Made by a program: the position numbers and the translations under genes
Shown here: positions 37,201 to 50,146 of the stretch, one piece after another
How positions within the stretch are numbered: the first letter of the stretch is position 1
Layout: each line of letters opens with the position of its first letter
Notes under the pieces: model-generated
Seen by the model: only the letters and a program-made list of their open reading frames with translations
What the model was told of the DNA's origin: nothing
Databases searched by the model: none
NCBI RefSeq assembly: GCF_006345805.1
Contig: NW_021832556.1
Coordinates: 1 to 61,561, forward strand
Source: Octopus sinensis
Lineage: Eukaryota
Direction: 5' to 3'
Length of the DNA: 61,561 nt

Positions 37201-37683
37201 CAGAACATCCCGCTGTGCTTGAGGAGACCTATTGAGTCAAGTACATGAACATCGAAATAAATATCAATGGAAATAGTAGTTGTGATACCTGTGCCGGTGG
37301 CACATAAAAAGCACCATCCGAACGTGGCCGATGCCAGTGCTGCCTTGACTGGCTTCTGTGCCGGTGGCACATAAAAAGCACCATCCGAACGTGGCCGATG
37401 TCAGCGCCGCCTTGACTGGCTTCCGTGCCAGTGGCACGTTAAAAGCACCAACCGATCGTGGCCGATGCCAGACTCCCCTGGCACCTGTGCCGGTGGCACG
37501 TAAAAAACACCCACTACACTCGCGGAGTGGTTGGCGTTAGGAAGGGCATCCAGCTGTAGAAACACTGCCAGATCAGACTGGAGCATGGTGCAGCCCCTGG
37601 CTTCCCAGACCCTGGTCGAACTGTCCAACCCATGCTTGCATGGAAAACGGACATTAAACGATGATGGTGATGATGATGATGAT
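34290..37683 (+). mobile_element. RTE/RTE-X-like LINE, 5'-truncated and decayed (APE, RT, PHD-like finger, 3' UTR with tandem units, (GAT)n tail)
   Basis: GVGILL, YAP, GDFNGHVG, DFILT, FVDLEKAFDRV, GVHQGSALSPLLF, YADDL, CSICRKGVGRNSIRCTQCKLWTHKRC, LHGSETW, LRWYGHV; multiple stops and frameshifts. Confidence 0.95.
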
Positions 37684-37766
37684 ATATAATATTAGGGAGT
37701 AAATCCAAATTTACAGGAAAAAATTAGATTTAGGATTAAATCTAATTTCACAGTATAAATATAAAT

Positions 37767-38044
37767 TAAATTAGAGATAAAACCACTATTAGGCAAATCA
37801 AACAGTGAAAAACATAAACCAAAACATAAAAATAAAAATAATTAATATAATTTACAAAATATATAAAATATAAAATTAAAAATTTAAATTATTTAAATTT
37901 AAAATTATTAATTTATATTTATATTTATATTTATAATTTTTTTTTTTAATATAAAACTATCAAAATGTATTAAAAAGTTAATATAAGATAATAAGTATAA
38001 TAAGTAATAATGATTTGCCTAATAGTGGTTTTATCTCTAATTTA
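37767..38044. repeat. 34-bp perfect inverted repeat around a 210-bp AT-rich spacer
   Basis: TAAATTAGAGATAAAACCACTATTAGGCAAATCA (37767-37800) and its reverse complement (38011-38044). Confidence 0.9.
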
Positions 38045-38052
38045 TATATATA

Positions 38053-38084
<32 letters not shown>

Positions 38085-39549
38085 GAGTATATGTATTTAT
38101 TAGTCAGTTGGTCATAAGTATGATTAAAAGCAGGTGCATCTCTCCAGCTTCCCACCTCTGGTCAAACCAGACAACCCATGCCAGCATGAATGTTAAATGA
38201 TGATGGTGATGATAATGATGACCTCCTATCTACCCATTTCCATGTTATTTTCCTTTCATGTACCTTTTATCTGTCCATGTATAATGTGGAGTAGCACTAC
38301 AACCCCTATTCAATCTCAGCCACCACCATATATCCACTACTTTTCATTCACCCTCCCATTTACCCCCTTCCCTAACACTGTCTCTCTTAATCCCTACCCA
38401 ACCACACCAACTCTAACCCTTTTTAAGTCGAATAACAACTGCCTTGGACCCTGATGAACCATCTAAACCAGTAACCCTCAACTATTTTTTACCCATGGAC
38501 CCATTTGATTCCTATTTTAGTCTACTGGAGCCCCTAACCCTTTGATTTTTAAACAAAACCCTATTATTATGATTAAATATTATTAGGAACTGTATGAAAA
38601 CAAATGTTAAGTGTTTTGTGTATTGTAGAAATATGATGACTTTATTCCACAAATTTTAACAACAAAACCTTATATGCACCCCCAAGAGCCATATAGGCCC
38701 TGGTTGAGAATCACTGATCTAAGCCATATAGGCACGGAAGACAAACTGACCCCTGACCCCAATAACTGGATCCTCCTACTCAACACTCCCCATCACAACT
38801 ACCACGTTGTACCCTTTTTCCTCACACTAATCTCTGGCATTTCTTTACCCCTTCGCTTGCTCCAAGTACTCTTGGGGGCTCTCTTTCTCTTTGCAAACAG
38901 TAAGATGATCCCAGCAAGTATTCAGTACACTTTTAAGGGTTTAGTAATCCAAACAAGCAACAACATAGGACCTGACTAGGATCGTTAGTTTTGCCGACAG
39001 CAAGGCCACCTCCTTAGTGTTGGTTTCATGAAAAATACCCCCACCCAGTACATTCTGTAGTTGTTAGCATTAGGAAGGGCATCCAGCCGTAGAAAACATG
39101 CCAAAACTAAGACATTGGTGCAAGACAATTCTCTCTGATTCTTGAGTCTTGTCTAACAGTCCAACCCATGCCAGCATCGAAAATGGATATAAAATGATGA
39201 CGATCTTGTACCTAGTGCCAACTGATTGATTTGCTACTGATCTCAGATAGATTGATCAGGTATCTATTGGTAGCTGTAGTACCTATTTCCAATATATTGA
39301 CTTGTAACAAATTGATCTGGCTCACTGTGAAAGAAAGGGTCTATTTCAAATAAATCCTCCTTTACAAGTTTAAATTTTTCATCCATTAAACAAAATATTA
39401 ACCCTGAAGTAAATGTAAAAGTTATAAAATCTGAATGTAACTTTGAAGCTGAAAAAATACCAAGGGTTAGAAAAACATGGCAGAAAGTTCAATAAAATAG
39501 AATAAAACTTTAATTCTTTTTGTTTTTCTTTTAAGTCCAAATAACTTAC

Positions 39550-39701
39550 CTCATACTGTCAACATTTTTTTCTGGAATTGTCTGTCGCATAGCCACAAAC
39601 TCTATGAATGGTTTAGGGCCAACCTTTTTAAGGATATAAGCAGGGACTGGCAATGGGTAAAGAACAGTTGGGAAGTAAGCATCTGGTAATTGATTGTCCA
39701 C
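39550..39701 (-). CDS. VPS13: VPS13A/C-like coding exon (152 nt, phase 0/2): VDNQLPDAYFPTVLYPLPVPAYILKKVGPKPFIEFVAMRQTIPEKNVDSM
   Basis: Acceptor atttttAG, donor GTAAGT; hallmark VPS13 QVDNQL...FP...PKPFI motif. Confidence 0.95.
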
Positions 39702-39762
39702 CTAAAAATATATGAATACATGACAGTTACATAATGCATGCGTATGCATGTGTATGTATGCA

Positions 39763-39819
<57 letters not shown>

Positions 39820-39869
39820 GAATGTGTGAATGTGTGTGTGTGTGCATGTGTGTATTTATATATTCTATG

Positions 39870-40070
39870 TGATGTGTATGGATGCAGACAGTTATATAAA
39901 GAAGTGCCGACCTCTTAAATTGGATGCAACTTGTGGAAGAGGAAGATCCAAGAAGAGATGGAACGAAGTATTGAAGGCTGATCTTGTGACACTGTGCCTT
40001 ATGAAGGAGATGACAAAGGTGCAAGATATCTAATGCCTTGCTGTAGTCAAGAAGACTCGGCCATCATAGC
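39870..40070 (+). mobile_element. Old RTE-X-like C-terminal fragment
   Basis: MDADSYIKKC...GRGRSKKRWNEVLKADL resembles the end of the 34290-37683 ORF. Confidence 0.7.
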
Positions 40071-41376
40071 AGAACTGACATCCTAAAACCACCTTCATAA
40101 TGCTTACCTCCATCCTCTCTGCCCCATTAATCTTCTCACACCCTCATTATACACACACATACACATTTCATCTCCCCACACCCATCACCACTCTATCACC
40201 CGAGAGCAGAATAGGCCCATACTACATACCCTGGCTTTCTCACCTTTCCCTCCCTTCCCACCAGTTACTTTTCTTCCCCTGCCTACTGCCCCCACCAATC
40301 CCCTCCTTTGTGCATCTCCTCCCCCTACCTCCCTGTGCTGCTCTCCATCATATCAACATCTTGCTTCCTGTTATCACCCTCAATCTCCCCACATATCTAC
40401 CACCACAACTCTAATCCCTGACCCTCTCCTATATTTCTCTCCGTCATTTCCTATAGTTATCTCATCTTATCCACTCACCAGCCCAAGCTTCTATATCATC
40501 TCACCTATTCTGACCACCTGCAATGTCGGTTGAGGGTATCTCCTGAAGCATCTTTGCCATCATCTCCCTCACCACTGCTCCTTTTTTCATCGTATTCTCT
40601 AACTCACTCACCTTTGATTTCCGACTGGAGTATTCATGTATCTACACTACAGCATGACACCTATAGCTGTCAACTGGTACAAAGTAACACTCCCTCAACA
40701 TTACTCTCCCTTCTCCCAGTTGAAGGATTTTTTTTTTCTTGCAAGGTACTTAGTGACCCTGTTGGTGCTGGTGCCATAGAAAAAGCACTGGTCCTGGTGC
40801 CTGAGAGCTGATTGAAATTTGCATTACAAAGAGTGCAAATACATCTTCGCTCAAGTGGCAGTGTTGTTTGTCTTGCCTGGTTTATGGATATTTAAATGAC
40901 TTTTTAGACCAGCATGGGATTATATGTCTTACTACAAACATGGCATATGAGAATGTCTGCTGGAATGATTTTTATATCACTTCAGTCAACTGCATGAAGA
41001 TGAGTTCTAAGCCAGCCTTACATAGACAGGTTTCACCATATGCTGAGTGACTGAAGGACGATTCTATTTCTCTGTTTAGCAAGGTTGTTGATCACTAATG
41101 AAGAACTGAATATACAGCCTTTCTTGAGGAAATACCAGTCTGGGAGTGAGTCCATAAAAGGCAATGTTGTATGTACATTCCCAAGCTGCATCATCAAGAA
41201 TACGGACATTTGTTTATGTGTTGTAGCAGAGAACTAGAACTAATTGTGGTGGATCTTATGAATGCCAGCAGTATTCACAAACTGTACTGTTTCTACCTTT
41301 GCACTTCTTAAGGTTTTACAATATTACAAAGGATAATGATGGCTGTTGTGGTGTGAAGCAATTTCTAATTACTTAC

Positions 41377-41511
41377 TTGCAGTCTTTGGATTTTAAGATG
41401 TATGGCTTTGTGGTTTACTGACTGACGATAGAGAATCCACAAAGCTGGGGAATAAGTACGTCGCAATGCTCCCATGTAAGGTTTAGTCATGGTCATTTTG
41501 GACAGATCGGC
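41377..41511 (-). CDS. VPS13: VPS13A/C-like coding exon (135 nt, phase 0/0): ADLSKMTMTKPYMGALRRTYSPALWILYRQSVNHKAIHLKIQRLQ
   Basis: Acceptor ttattttccAG, donor GTAAGT; LRR...PA.W...S....HLKI.R.Q precedes VDNQ in VPS13 proteins. Confidence 0.95.
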
Positions 41512-41630
41512 CTGGAAAATAACAGGAAATACACTCATAATAATAATAATAATAATAATATAATAATAATAATAATAATGATAATAATAATGATATCAAC
41601 AATAATTATAATAATAATAATAATAATAAT

Positions 41631-42999
41631 AAAGACACAACACACAAATGAAAGAGAAAATAAAAAAAGAATACTATAGACGAGTTAGATCAATACTAAA
41701 AACAGAGCTCAATGCTAAAAACAAAATAATAGGTATTAACACTTTAGCCGTCCCAGTTATAAGTTACGCTACAATATCCTTAACTGGACACTAAATGAAT
41801 TGACCAAAATAGATAGGAAAACAAGAAAAATAATGACAGGATCTAGGATGCATCACCCAAAATCTGACATAGAAAGGCTATATATACAACGTATAGAAGG
41901 TGGTAGAGGCCTTATACAGCTGGAAAACTACTATAAAATAACCACCATAGGACTGCAAAAATATCTACTTCAGAAAGAAGGAAAACTGATACAAATAGCG
42001 GCAAAACACGAGTAAAACAAAAAACTGTTCTCAGTATTTAAGGAAGCTGACAAATACAAAAAAGAAGTCATACCACCTAACAAATATGAAGAAGATGAAG
42101 AAACAACAAAAGCTATAAAACAAATGAAATCCAAACAGATAAAACGATGGCAAGAAAAGCCCCTTCATGGTAAATACTAAATACTAAATGCAAAAGAAAT
42201 AGACAAAGAAAAATCCCATCAATGGTTGAGAAGCTCAGGACTCAAAGCAGAGACTGAGGGATTTTTAATTGCAGCACAAGATCAAAGCCTCCCCACCAGA
42301 AATTACCAACAACATGTAATGAAAAGAAATATAACAAGTAACTGCAGAATATGTGGAGATGGACAAGAAACAATAAATCATATTATCTCTGGCTGCCCAG
42401 TCCTAGCTAAGAAGGAATATATTCACAGACACGACAGAGTTGGGACCTACATACACTGGAAGCTATGCCAACATTATGGAATAACAACAGAAAAAAGATG
42501 GTATAGGCACACATCAGAAAAGGTCACAGAGAATGAGAAAGCAACCATACTCTGGGATATTCTAATACATACAGATAGAGAAATTAAGGCCAACAGGCCC
42601 GATATAGTTGTCAGAGATCATGAAGAAAATAAATGCTTTCTAATCGATGTATCAATATCAGCAGATGACAACGTGTCTCTAAAAGAAATGGAGAAACTTT
42701 GAAAATAAAAAGACCTGGAAATAGAGATAACTCGAATGTGGAAGCTAAAAATAGAAACAATTTCTATCATAGTAGGCGCATTAGGTATGATAAAAAAATT
42801 CAAATACATAACAAAAACACCAGGACAAACAAATATAACATACAGAAAATTGCACTACTGGGCACTGCACACATCCTATGCAAAACACTTTCAATACAGT
42901 AACCATAAGGGCATCGCAACAAACCACAGCACATACCCAAGGCACACACAGCTGTGCTCAGTATTGAAGTGAAAATAAAAATAAAAATAAAACTACTGA
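41631..42999 (+). mobile_element. R4/Dong-clade non-LTR element, 3' part (CCHC finger + restriction-like endonuclease), between (TAA)n tracts
   Basis: GGRGL, ETEGFLIAAQDQ, CRICG..ETINHIISGC, RHD, NRPDIVV, LIDVSI, KYKDL; stops and frameshifts. Confidence 0.93.
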
Positions 43000-43019
43000 A
43001 TAATGATAATAATAATCAT

Positions 43020-43240
43020 CCTTTCTACAACAGACACAAGGCTTATTTTCCTAAAATTTGAGAAGATGGAGTAGTGGATTACATTAACCTCACTGCTCAA
43101 CTAGTACTTCTTTCATCAACTATGAAAATATGAAAGGTAAAATCAACGTCGGTAGTACTTGAACTCTGAATGTAAAGACAGATGAAATGCCACTAAGCAT
43201 TTTGCCTGTTGCCCAAACAATTCTGCCAGCTCACTGCCTT
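43020..43240 (-). mobile_element. tRNA-derived SINE copy with (TAA/ATT)n tail
   Basis: Reverse complement of the family at 55944 and 59641 (A-box TGGCAGAAT, B-box GAGTTCAA, GGCCTTGTG..GTAGAAAGGAT tail). Confidence 0.8.
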
Positions 43241-43395
43241 AATAATAATAATAATAATAATAATAATTTAAGAAGATTGACATAGCTCTTCACAAAGGTG
43301 AATATCATATAGTGCTCTTCTTACTGTATATGTAAAAAATATGTATTACATATGGAATCATATTCCTATTATTGTGAAGCGATAATAATAATAAT

Positions 43396-43605
43396 CCTTT
43401 CTACTATAAGCACAAGGCCTGAAATTTGTGGGAGGGGGGCCAGTTGATGAGATCAACCCCAGTACACAACTGGTACTTAATTTATTGACCCCGAAAGGAT
43501 GAAAAGCAAAGTTGACCTCAGCAGAATTTGAACTCAGAACATAGCAACAGGTAAACTACCACTAAGCATTTCATCCAGCATACTAACAATTCTGCCAGCT
43601 CACCA
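43396..43605 (-). mobile_element. tRNA-derived SINE copy
   Basis: Same family; GAATTTGAACTCAGAAC and CTGCCAGCTCACC visible on the plus strand. Confidence 0.85.
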
Positions 43606-43862
43606 TGGAGCACAAGAACGATGCTGAATGGTTGCAAGAACTGTAACAAACAGTAGTCTGTCCAAAACAGACAGAACTAGTCATTTCAATTAGGGAAGTG
43701 AAGGAAATCAGCAAAAAAATGAGCAACTGGAAGGCCCCGGGACCAGATGGAATCCAAGGCTACTGGATCAAAAGATTTGGTGAATGTCATGCATGAATAG
43801 CTGTGCAACTCAACACCTTATCAAATGCCGACAAAGGAACACCAGAGTGGTTGACATTGGGA
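43605..43862 (+). mobile_element. R4/Dong-like fragment upstream of the RT domain
   Basis: EHKNDAEWL...KMSNWKAPGPDGIQGYWIKRF...PEWLTLG. Confidence 0.8.
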
Positions 43863-44588
43863 CACATATGGTTGTGATGTATGTGCCTCATGTACCCTTA
43901 TTAGACGGGTAGTCATATAAATTTCATATAAAGGCTGTAGGAGCTTTGGCAAATTAGTAAAGTCCTTGAGTAATATCATGTACCCTTATCAGACGGGTAG
44001 TCATAATGGGTATATTGGGCTTCGTATATTTTACCCCAGTGTCACTTTGATGGAATGCACTGCTCTCTCACTCAATAATAATAATTAAGTCTTATAATTT
44101 GTGGAAAGAGACCCTGTGAGACTTTTGACAACAGGATGCTGTCTTCTCTCACAGAATTAATTAGAGCAAGTAAAATCAAGAGCTCTAAGAAGTGAAATAT
44201 AAAAAATAATGAAATTATGGAAAACAAAGGCTGGAGATATTTATTTTGTCCTTTTGTTTACTTCAGATATTGAACTGTGGCCATGCTGGGGCACTACTTT
44301 GAAGACTTTTACTCTGATTAAATCAACCCCTGCTACTTATTCTACCAATTACTTTTTGCAGAATAGCTAACTTTCTAGGACATAAGCAGACCTACACTGG
44401 TTTGTTTATGTCCACTTACAAGGCTTTGGTCAGCCCAGAGCTATAGCAGAAAACACTTGCGTTAAGTGCCATGAAGTAAATAGGTAATTTATATCGAAGG
44501 CCAACAAAATAGTATTTTCTGTGATAGGCCACTGACTGGATTCTCTATGAAGACACTCCATTATTGTTTTCAAAGCTGGGTCACTTAC

Positions 44589-44834
44589 CTCAATCTGTTC
44601 ATAAAGATTTACTTGCACACTTTTGTTCTTCCAGCGTTCTTCAAGCCAAGTCTGTAGTTCAACATTGAGAAGCTTCCATTTGCTGTTCACCTCCACTTCC
44701 CAAATAGCAGGGCAGTTTGACACACTTACAACCATCAATTCTCTGTATTCTTTATAAGCTGTGTTTACTACAGACAATAGTACACTGTCCAGTGAGAGAA
44801 CCACTGCGTAGTTAGTCTGTTCAGCCTGGCTCAT
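44589..44834 (-). CDS. VPS13: VPS13A/C-like coding exon (246 nt, phase 0/0): MSQAEQTNYAVVLSLDSVLLSVVN...PAIWEVEVNSKWKLL...YEQIE
   Basis: Acceptor ttttattcAG, donor GTAAGT; LSL..V.LS.VN and WE...KWK blocks fit the VPS13 region after the VAB repeats; in frame with the next exon. Confidence 0.92.
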
Positions 44835-44884
44835 CTGAATAAAAAACAACAAAAAATATATGCATGTGTCAGGGAATATTTATA

Positions 44885-44918
<34 letters not shown>

Positions 44919-44984
44919 CAAACATACACTTTTAATAGAAATCAATAGTTCAGTACTATAGCTTTCATGTGAATATTCATCCAT

Positions 44985-46020
44985 CCAGCTTTTCCACCCA
45001 CTATCTCTGGGAGGGTCCTATCTGAAGCAACCATCATTAGACTTTCTGATTGGATTCCCAAATGTGACCAACTGAGACTATTGATGTTATCCAACCCTCT
45101 CATTCTTCGTCTACCCATGGCTCTCCTGCCAGTTGGCTTGGCTTGAAGACTCATTACTTGCAATTCTTTTCTGCAACATACTAACCACATGTCTGTAGCA
45201 CTACTGGAACTGTGACTTCTCAATGTAGAGAAGCTAAACCTGAAGAGACTTACACACCATGATGAGTAATGTTACTCCAGAGATCCTTCAGACGAACCCC
45301 AGTTTCAGTTATTTGCATTTGAAATCCTGACCCCAATTTCAGTCTTTACCCAACGCTCATGGTCATAGTTGAGGAGGACAGGCATGAAAACTGAACTGAA
45401 GACGGCAAGTTTGACTTTTTCTTTCTTTTTCTGGGGATTGAATGTTGGAGTTGGCACATTACAACACCAGCACCTGCAATTCTTGCACCCAATTCAGCCT
45501 CCCGCCTTCCATCACTTGTGAATATGGCCATGAGATACTTAAACTTTGCTTGTCTGTGATGCTCCATTAACATGCAGAGTGCACTAGGAAGACATTCTCG
45601 AGAGGACCAATTTCTCAGTCTTCGCAACACTTATTCTCATCTCTGCCTTTCAGTACTTGCAGCAAACTCATTCAATTCATGCTGGAGATCAACTTCTGAT
45701 AAGCCAAGTAACACCATGTGTCTGCAAATATCAGCCTACACACAGCAATTGTGATACCACTTCCACAATGGCTGTGCATGTCAGTTTAGTTCATAAAAAT
45801 TAGAAAACAGAGAGGTGACAACATACACCCCTGCCAAAGTCCACATTGAAAGGGTTCAACATAACACTGTTTACTTGAATACAAACATCTGGACATTCAT
45901 ATAAGGACTTTACAGGAAACCAGAAATTGCACATTAATCCCGAAATCCTGCAAAACCCTCCACAGCATGTCCTGCAACACACGGTCATATGCCTTTTCAA
46001 GATCAACAAAGCAAGTTATT
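44985..46020 (-). mobile_element. Old RTE-clade LINE fragment
   Basis: VDLEKAYDRV-like, FKYL..IFTSDGRREAEL.ARI, GRRAMGRRRMRGLDNI; heavily disrupted. Confidence 0.8.
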
Positions 46021-46139
46021 CAATTGGAGTTTGAATAACAAATGACAACCTTACTATTTAATAGGTGCTCTCACTAATTAGGTGACAGAGTTGTCATTTA
46101 TTATTCAAACTCTGATTGAATAATTACAAATATATTAGG

Positions 46140-47040
46140 GCCTTTTGCTCAGAGTGAAAAGTGGATTGTATGACGCATGTGTGCAAACAGCCATGCTACA
46201 TAGCAGTGAAACATGGGCTGTGGCTGCTGAGGATATGTATAGGCTAGAAAGAAATGAAGCTAGTATGCTACACTGGATATGTAATATCAGTGCGCACACT
46301 TGGCAGAGTGTAAGTATCCTGAGAGAAAAGTTGGACATCAAGTGTGGTGTACAAGAGAGACGACTACGCTGGCATGGTCGTGTTACATATGGATGAGGAC
46401 AGCTGTGTAAAGAAGTGCCAATCACTAACTATGGAAGGAACCAGTGAAAGAGGTAGACCCAGGAAGATCTGGAATGAGGTGGTGAAGTACAACCTTCGAA
46501 CGTTAGGCCTCACTGAGGCAATGATAAACAACTGAGACCTTTACAGATATGCTACACTTGAGATGGCCCAACAAGCTAAGTGAGATTCTAGCTATGGCCT
46601 ATGTCAGTGTCACATAACTGGCCCATTTAAGAGATCCCTTTAATTGTCAGTTAATGTGCCATGCTTGAGAAGACCTGTAGAGTCAAGTAAAATCGCTATC
46701 GTGGCCAATACCTATACTGCCTGACTGGCACATAAAAAGCACTATTTGAGCATGGTTGATGTCAGTGCCACAAGACTGGCTCCCGTGCTTGTGGCGTACA
46801 AAAAGCACCATACAAGCATGGTTGATGCCAGTGCTGCCTGACTGGTTCCTATGCTGGTGGCACATAAAAAGCACCCACTACACTCTCAGAATGGTTGTTA
46901 TTAAGAAGGGCATCCAGCTGTAGAAACCTTGCCTAATCAGATTGGAGCCTGGTGCAGCCTCCTGGCTTGCCAGTCCTCAGTCAAACTGTCCATCCCATGC
47001 CAGTATGGAAAATGGACGTAAAATGATGATGATGATGATA
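46140..47040 (+). mobile_element. RTE-X-like 3' fragment with 3' UTR and (GAT)n tail
   Basis: LRVKSGLYDACVQTAMLHSSETW...RGRPRKIWNEVVK, then the shared 3' UTR. Confidence 0.9.
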
Positions 47041-48928
47041 TTTGCATGAAACTTTTGGTGCCAGATGAAGCAACAATGTTCTTATATTAGTTTTCACAAG
47101 TAAGATTTTTAAGCTGTGATATAAAGATGTTATATTTTTATATCAAAGATTAACTCTGTGATATAGAGAAGGGCATTAATTATACAATTCCTAACTGAAA
47201 GCTCTTTGACACTGGTAGAAGAAAGAGAGATCTTGTTATCTTCAGTTCAGTGATTTAAATGGTTTTATGCTTGTAACAGGTTTGAATCTGCTGAAAGGAA
47301 CCCCAGGATCAGGTGACAGTATAAAACCAGGCAGCAGATTAGGTTTGTCGATCAAAGATATATAACTTTTAATACCTAAGGATGCTGGGATGCAAAGAAG
47401 TCATATTTCCTTTTCTACATCCAAGATTAATGATGTGAAGATGTAGTTTTGTTTTTGTTAGACAAATTTAGCTCAAATACGTTTCTTTAAGTTATAGTTT
47501 CATTCATTAATATAAATAATTCAGATGTGTGCATATATACACATACAGGTTAGTGTGCATGCATGTGCTAATACATAGATAGTAAATGCAAGCATAAATG
47601 GAGTTGAAAGAAAGATTAATTGGAAAGTCATTTAAAAGTCATAATGATAATTGCAAAGTGCACAACCTCCAGTTTTAACCCACCCAAAGGAGCGACAAGT
47701 TTAAACTGACGTTTACCTACAGGGATGGCATGGAAGATGTAAATAACTTTGAGAGTTTGAAATAAAATAGAGAAAATTAACAATGCTTTACACACTGGAT
47801 TTTAATTTTATGCAGCCATGTTGCACCTTTTGAGTGGTATACTCTACACTCTGACAGACAAGAATATCTTGAAATTACTGGTCAGTTTAATTAATGTATA
47901 AGTCCTCATTAGAGAGTTCATTTGTTGGTTCATTTTTTAGTTTGTTTTTTTCTATGCAAGAATGGGTTAGACAAATATATTGCCAAGGCATTAGTTTACA
48001 GACAAATGCCCTTCTTGTCACTAACCCCTTCCTGTTTTTCAAGGGATTTTCATTTACATGTCATCAAAAGTATGAAGAGAGATGATTTGTTGGTCGTTGG
48101 AAGTGACAATGACATCACTATTTATAGCTAGCAACTTTTGTGGAGTGCCAAAGAAGACAGACACACATGCATATACACACACATGTATATATATGTACAT
48201 GTGTGCGGTGTGTTCAATGTTGTTTCTTAGTTTCTATCCATCGAATTCATTCACAAGTCTTTGGTGGGCCTGAAGCTATAGCTGAAGACATTTGGGACTG
48301 AACCTGAAACCACATGATTGGGAAGCAAACTTCTTAACCACACAAATTATTCTAATTAGCATATTCAACCATCATTTAAAGCTGATGTTTACAATTTGAA
48401 TTCTATTAACATCCGCAATATCTGATTTAACAGAAGCATATAAAATGGTAAGAGCAAAAAGCATAAATTAATATTTAATAATGAAACATGCTGGGTGATT
48501 GTGGTTTCCAGGTTGACAAGCTGAAATGACAGGGAAATTATGGCAAGCTGCAAGACAAAGATAAGTTTGGAGGAGGTTAAAAACAAAATAACAGTTTCAC
48601 AATTTGCATGACGGTCAGGCCAAGTAAATACTGGTGAAAATAGTTTTACAAATTTCTTTTTAAATCGCCCCCAAAAAACAAACAAAAAAGTGTATTTATT
48701 GATTGGTTGATTAATTTTAAATAAATGCTTCTCATTTTCTTAACCATCACCTTATTTCTTTTAAACTAACTGTTTTTCAACTATTATTCCCTACTATTAT
48801 TCAAACCCTATCCCTGTCTATTATCAATAGACATACAAAATAATATCAGGCCACAGTAATTTAGTTCTGGGGTCTAGTTTGACTTGGGTGACTAAGCACC
48901 ACCCTACTATGAGCAGACCCAGGATCTA

Positions 48929-49599
48929 AGAGGTAGACCCAGGAAAACCTGGGACGAGGTGGTGAAGCACGACCTTCGAACTTTAGGCCTCACTGAGGAA
49001 ATGACCAGCGACTGAGACCTTTGGAAATATGCTGTGTGTGAGAAGACCAGGCAGGACAAGTGAGTCCAGCCCACTTATGCATGCCTTCCCTCCCTTGGAC
49101 ACACGAAGACCTGTTGAGGCAAGCGAAGTCGATATCGAACCTCATCCGACGACAGGCACCCATGCCAACCCATGCCTTTGCTTGCGAAGACCTGTTGGGG
49201 CAAGTGAAATCGAAATTGAAATCGAAATTGAACCAATCCTATGATTGGCACCCGGCAGATGCCAGGACCCCTGGACTGGTGGTACATAAAAAGCACTATC
49301 CGAATCGTGGCCGATGCCAGTGCCACTTCGACTGGCTTCCGTGCCAGTGGCACGTAAAATGCACCAATCCGACCGTGGCCGTTGCCAGCCTCGCCTGGCA
49401 CCTGTGCAGGTGGCATGTAAAAAGCACCCACTACACTCACGGAGTGGTTGGCGTTAGGAAGGGCATCCGGCTGTAAAAACATTGCCAGATAAGACTGGAG
49501 CCTGGGGCAGCCTTCTGGCTTCCCAGATCCCCGGTCGAACCGTCCAACCCATGCTAGCATGGAGAACGGACGTTAAATGATGATGATGATGATGATGAT
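48929..49599 (+). mobile_element. RTE-X-like 3' fragment with 3' UTR and (GAT)n tail
   Basis: AGAGGTAGACCCAGGAAAACCTGGGACGAGGTGGTGAAGCACGACC..., tandem GTGCC..GGCAC units, tail. Confidence 0.9.
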
Positions 49600-50146
49600 A
49601 GGTGGTATTATTTTCAGCTTTATTTATTTACTTATTCCCTGTTATTATTGTTGTTGCCATTGTTGTTGCTGCCCTTTCTGTGTGGCCAAAAAGCAATTTA
49701 TCACAATATTACATTAACATTTCTTTTACATTTAATATTTTGATAGTCAAATATTAATTGGAAAGCCATATAAAGTCATAATCATAATTGCAAAGTGCAT
49801 AACCTCCAGTTGTAACCCACCCAAAGAAGCGTAATAATAATAATGTAATAATGCATTTGCCACCATCTGGCACCTCTTTTGTCCCCAGATCATAATAGAT
49901 CAGAGAGTAAAGTTATTTCATTTTTAATATCTAAGAGGAAAACAGATGAAGCCATGTAGTTAAGCTGTTTGCCTTGCAACCACATGGTTCCAGGTTCAAT
50001 TCCATTACACACTACCATGGACAAGTGTCTTCTACCACAGCCTTAGTGAGATCCTTGATTTATCTGTGACACCTGCTGTATCACATTATCTTAAGTGTGA
50101 TAAATTAGTAATGATTTTTATTACTGCTATTATTATTTCTTATTAT

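Noticed and set aside
40800-41050. ~80-codon open frame resembling a LINE RT segment (LNDFLDQHGII)
   Set aside because: Similarity too weak to call by eye.
47684-47716. 33-nt microexon (AG/GTAAAC...TTTGG/GTGGGT) on the minus strand
   Set aside because: Peptide VNVSLNLSLLW has no VPS13 resemblance, and the donor half lies in a duplicated segment.
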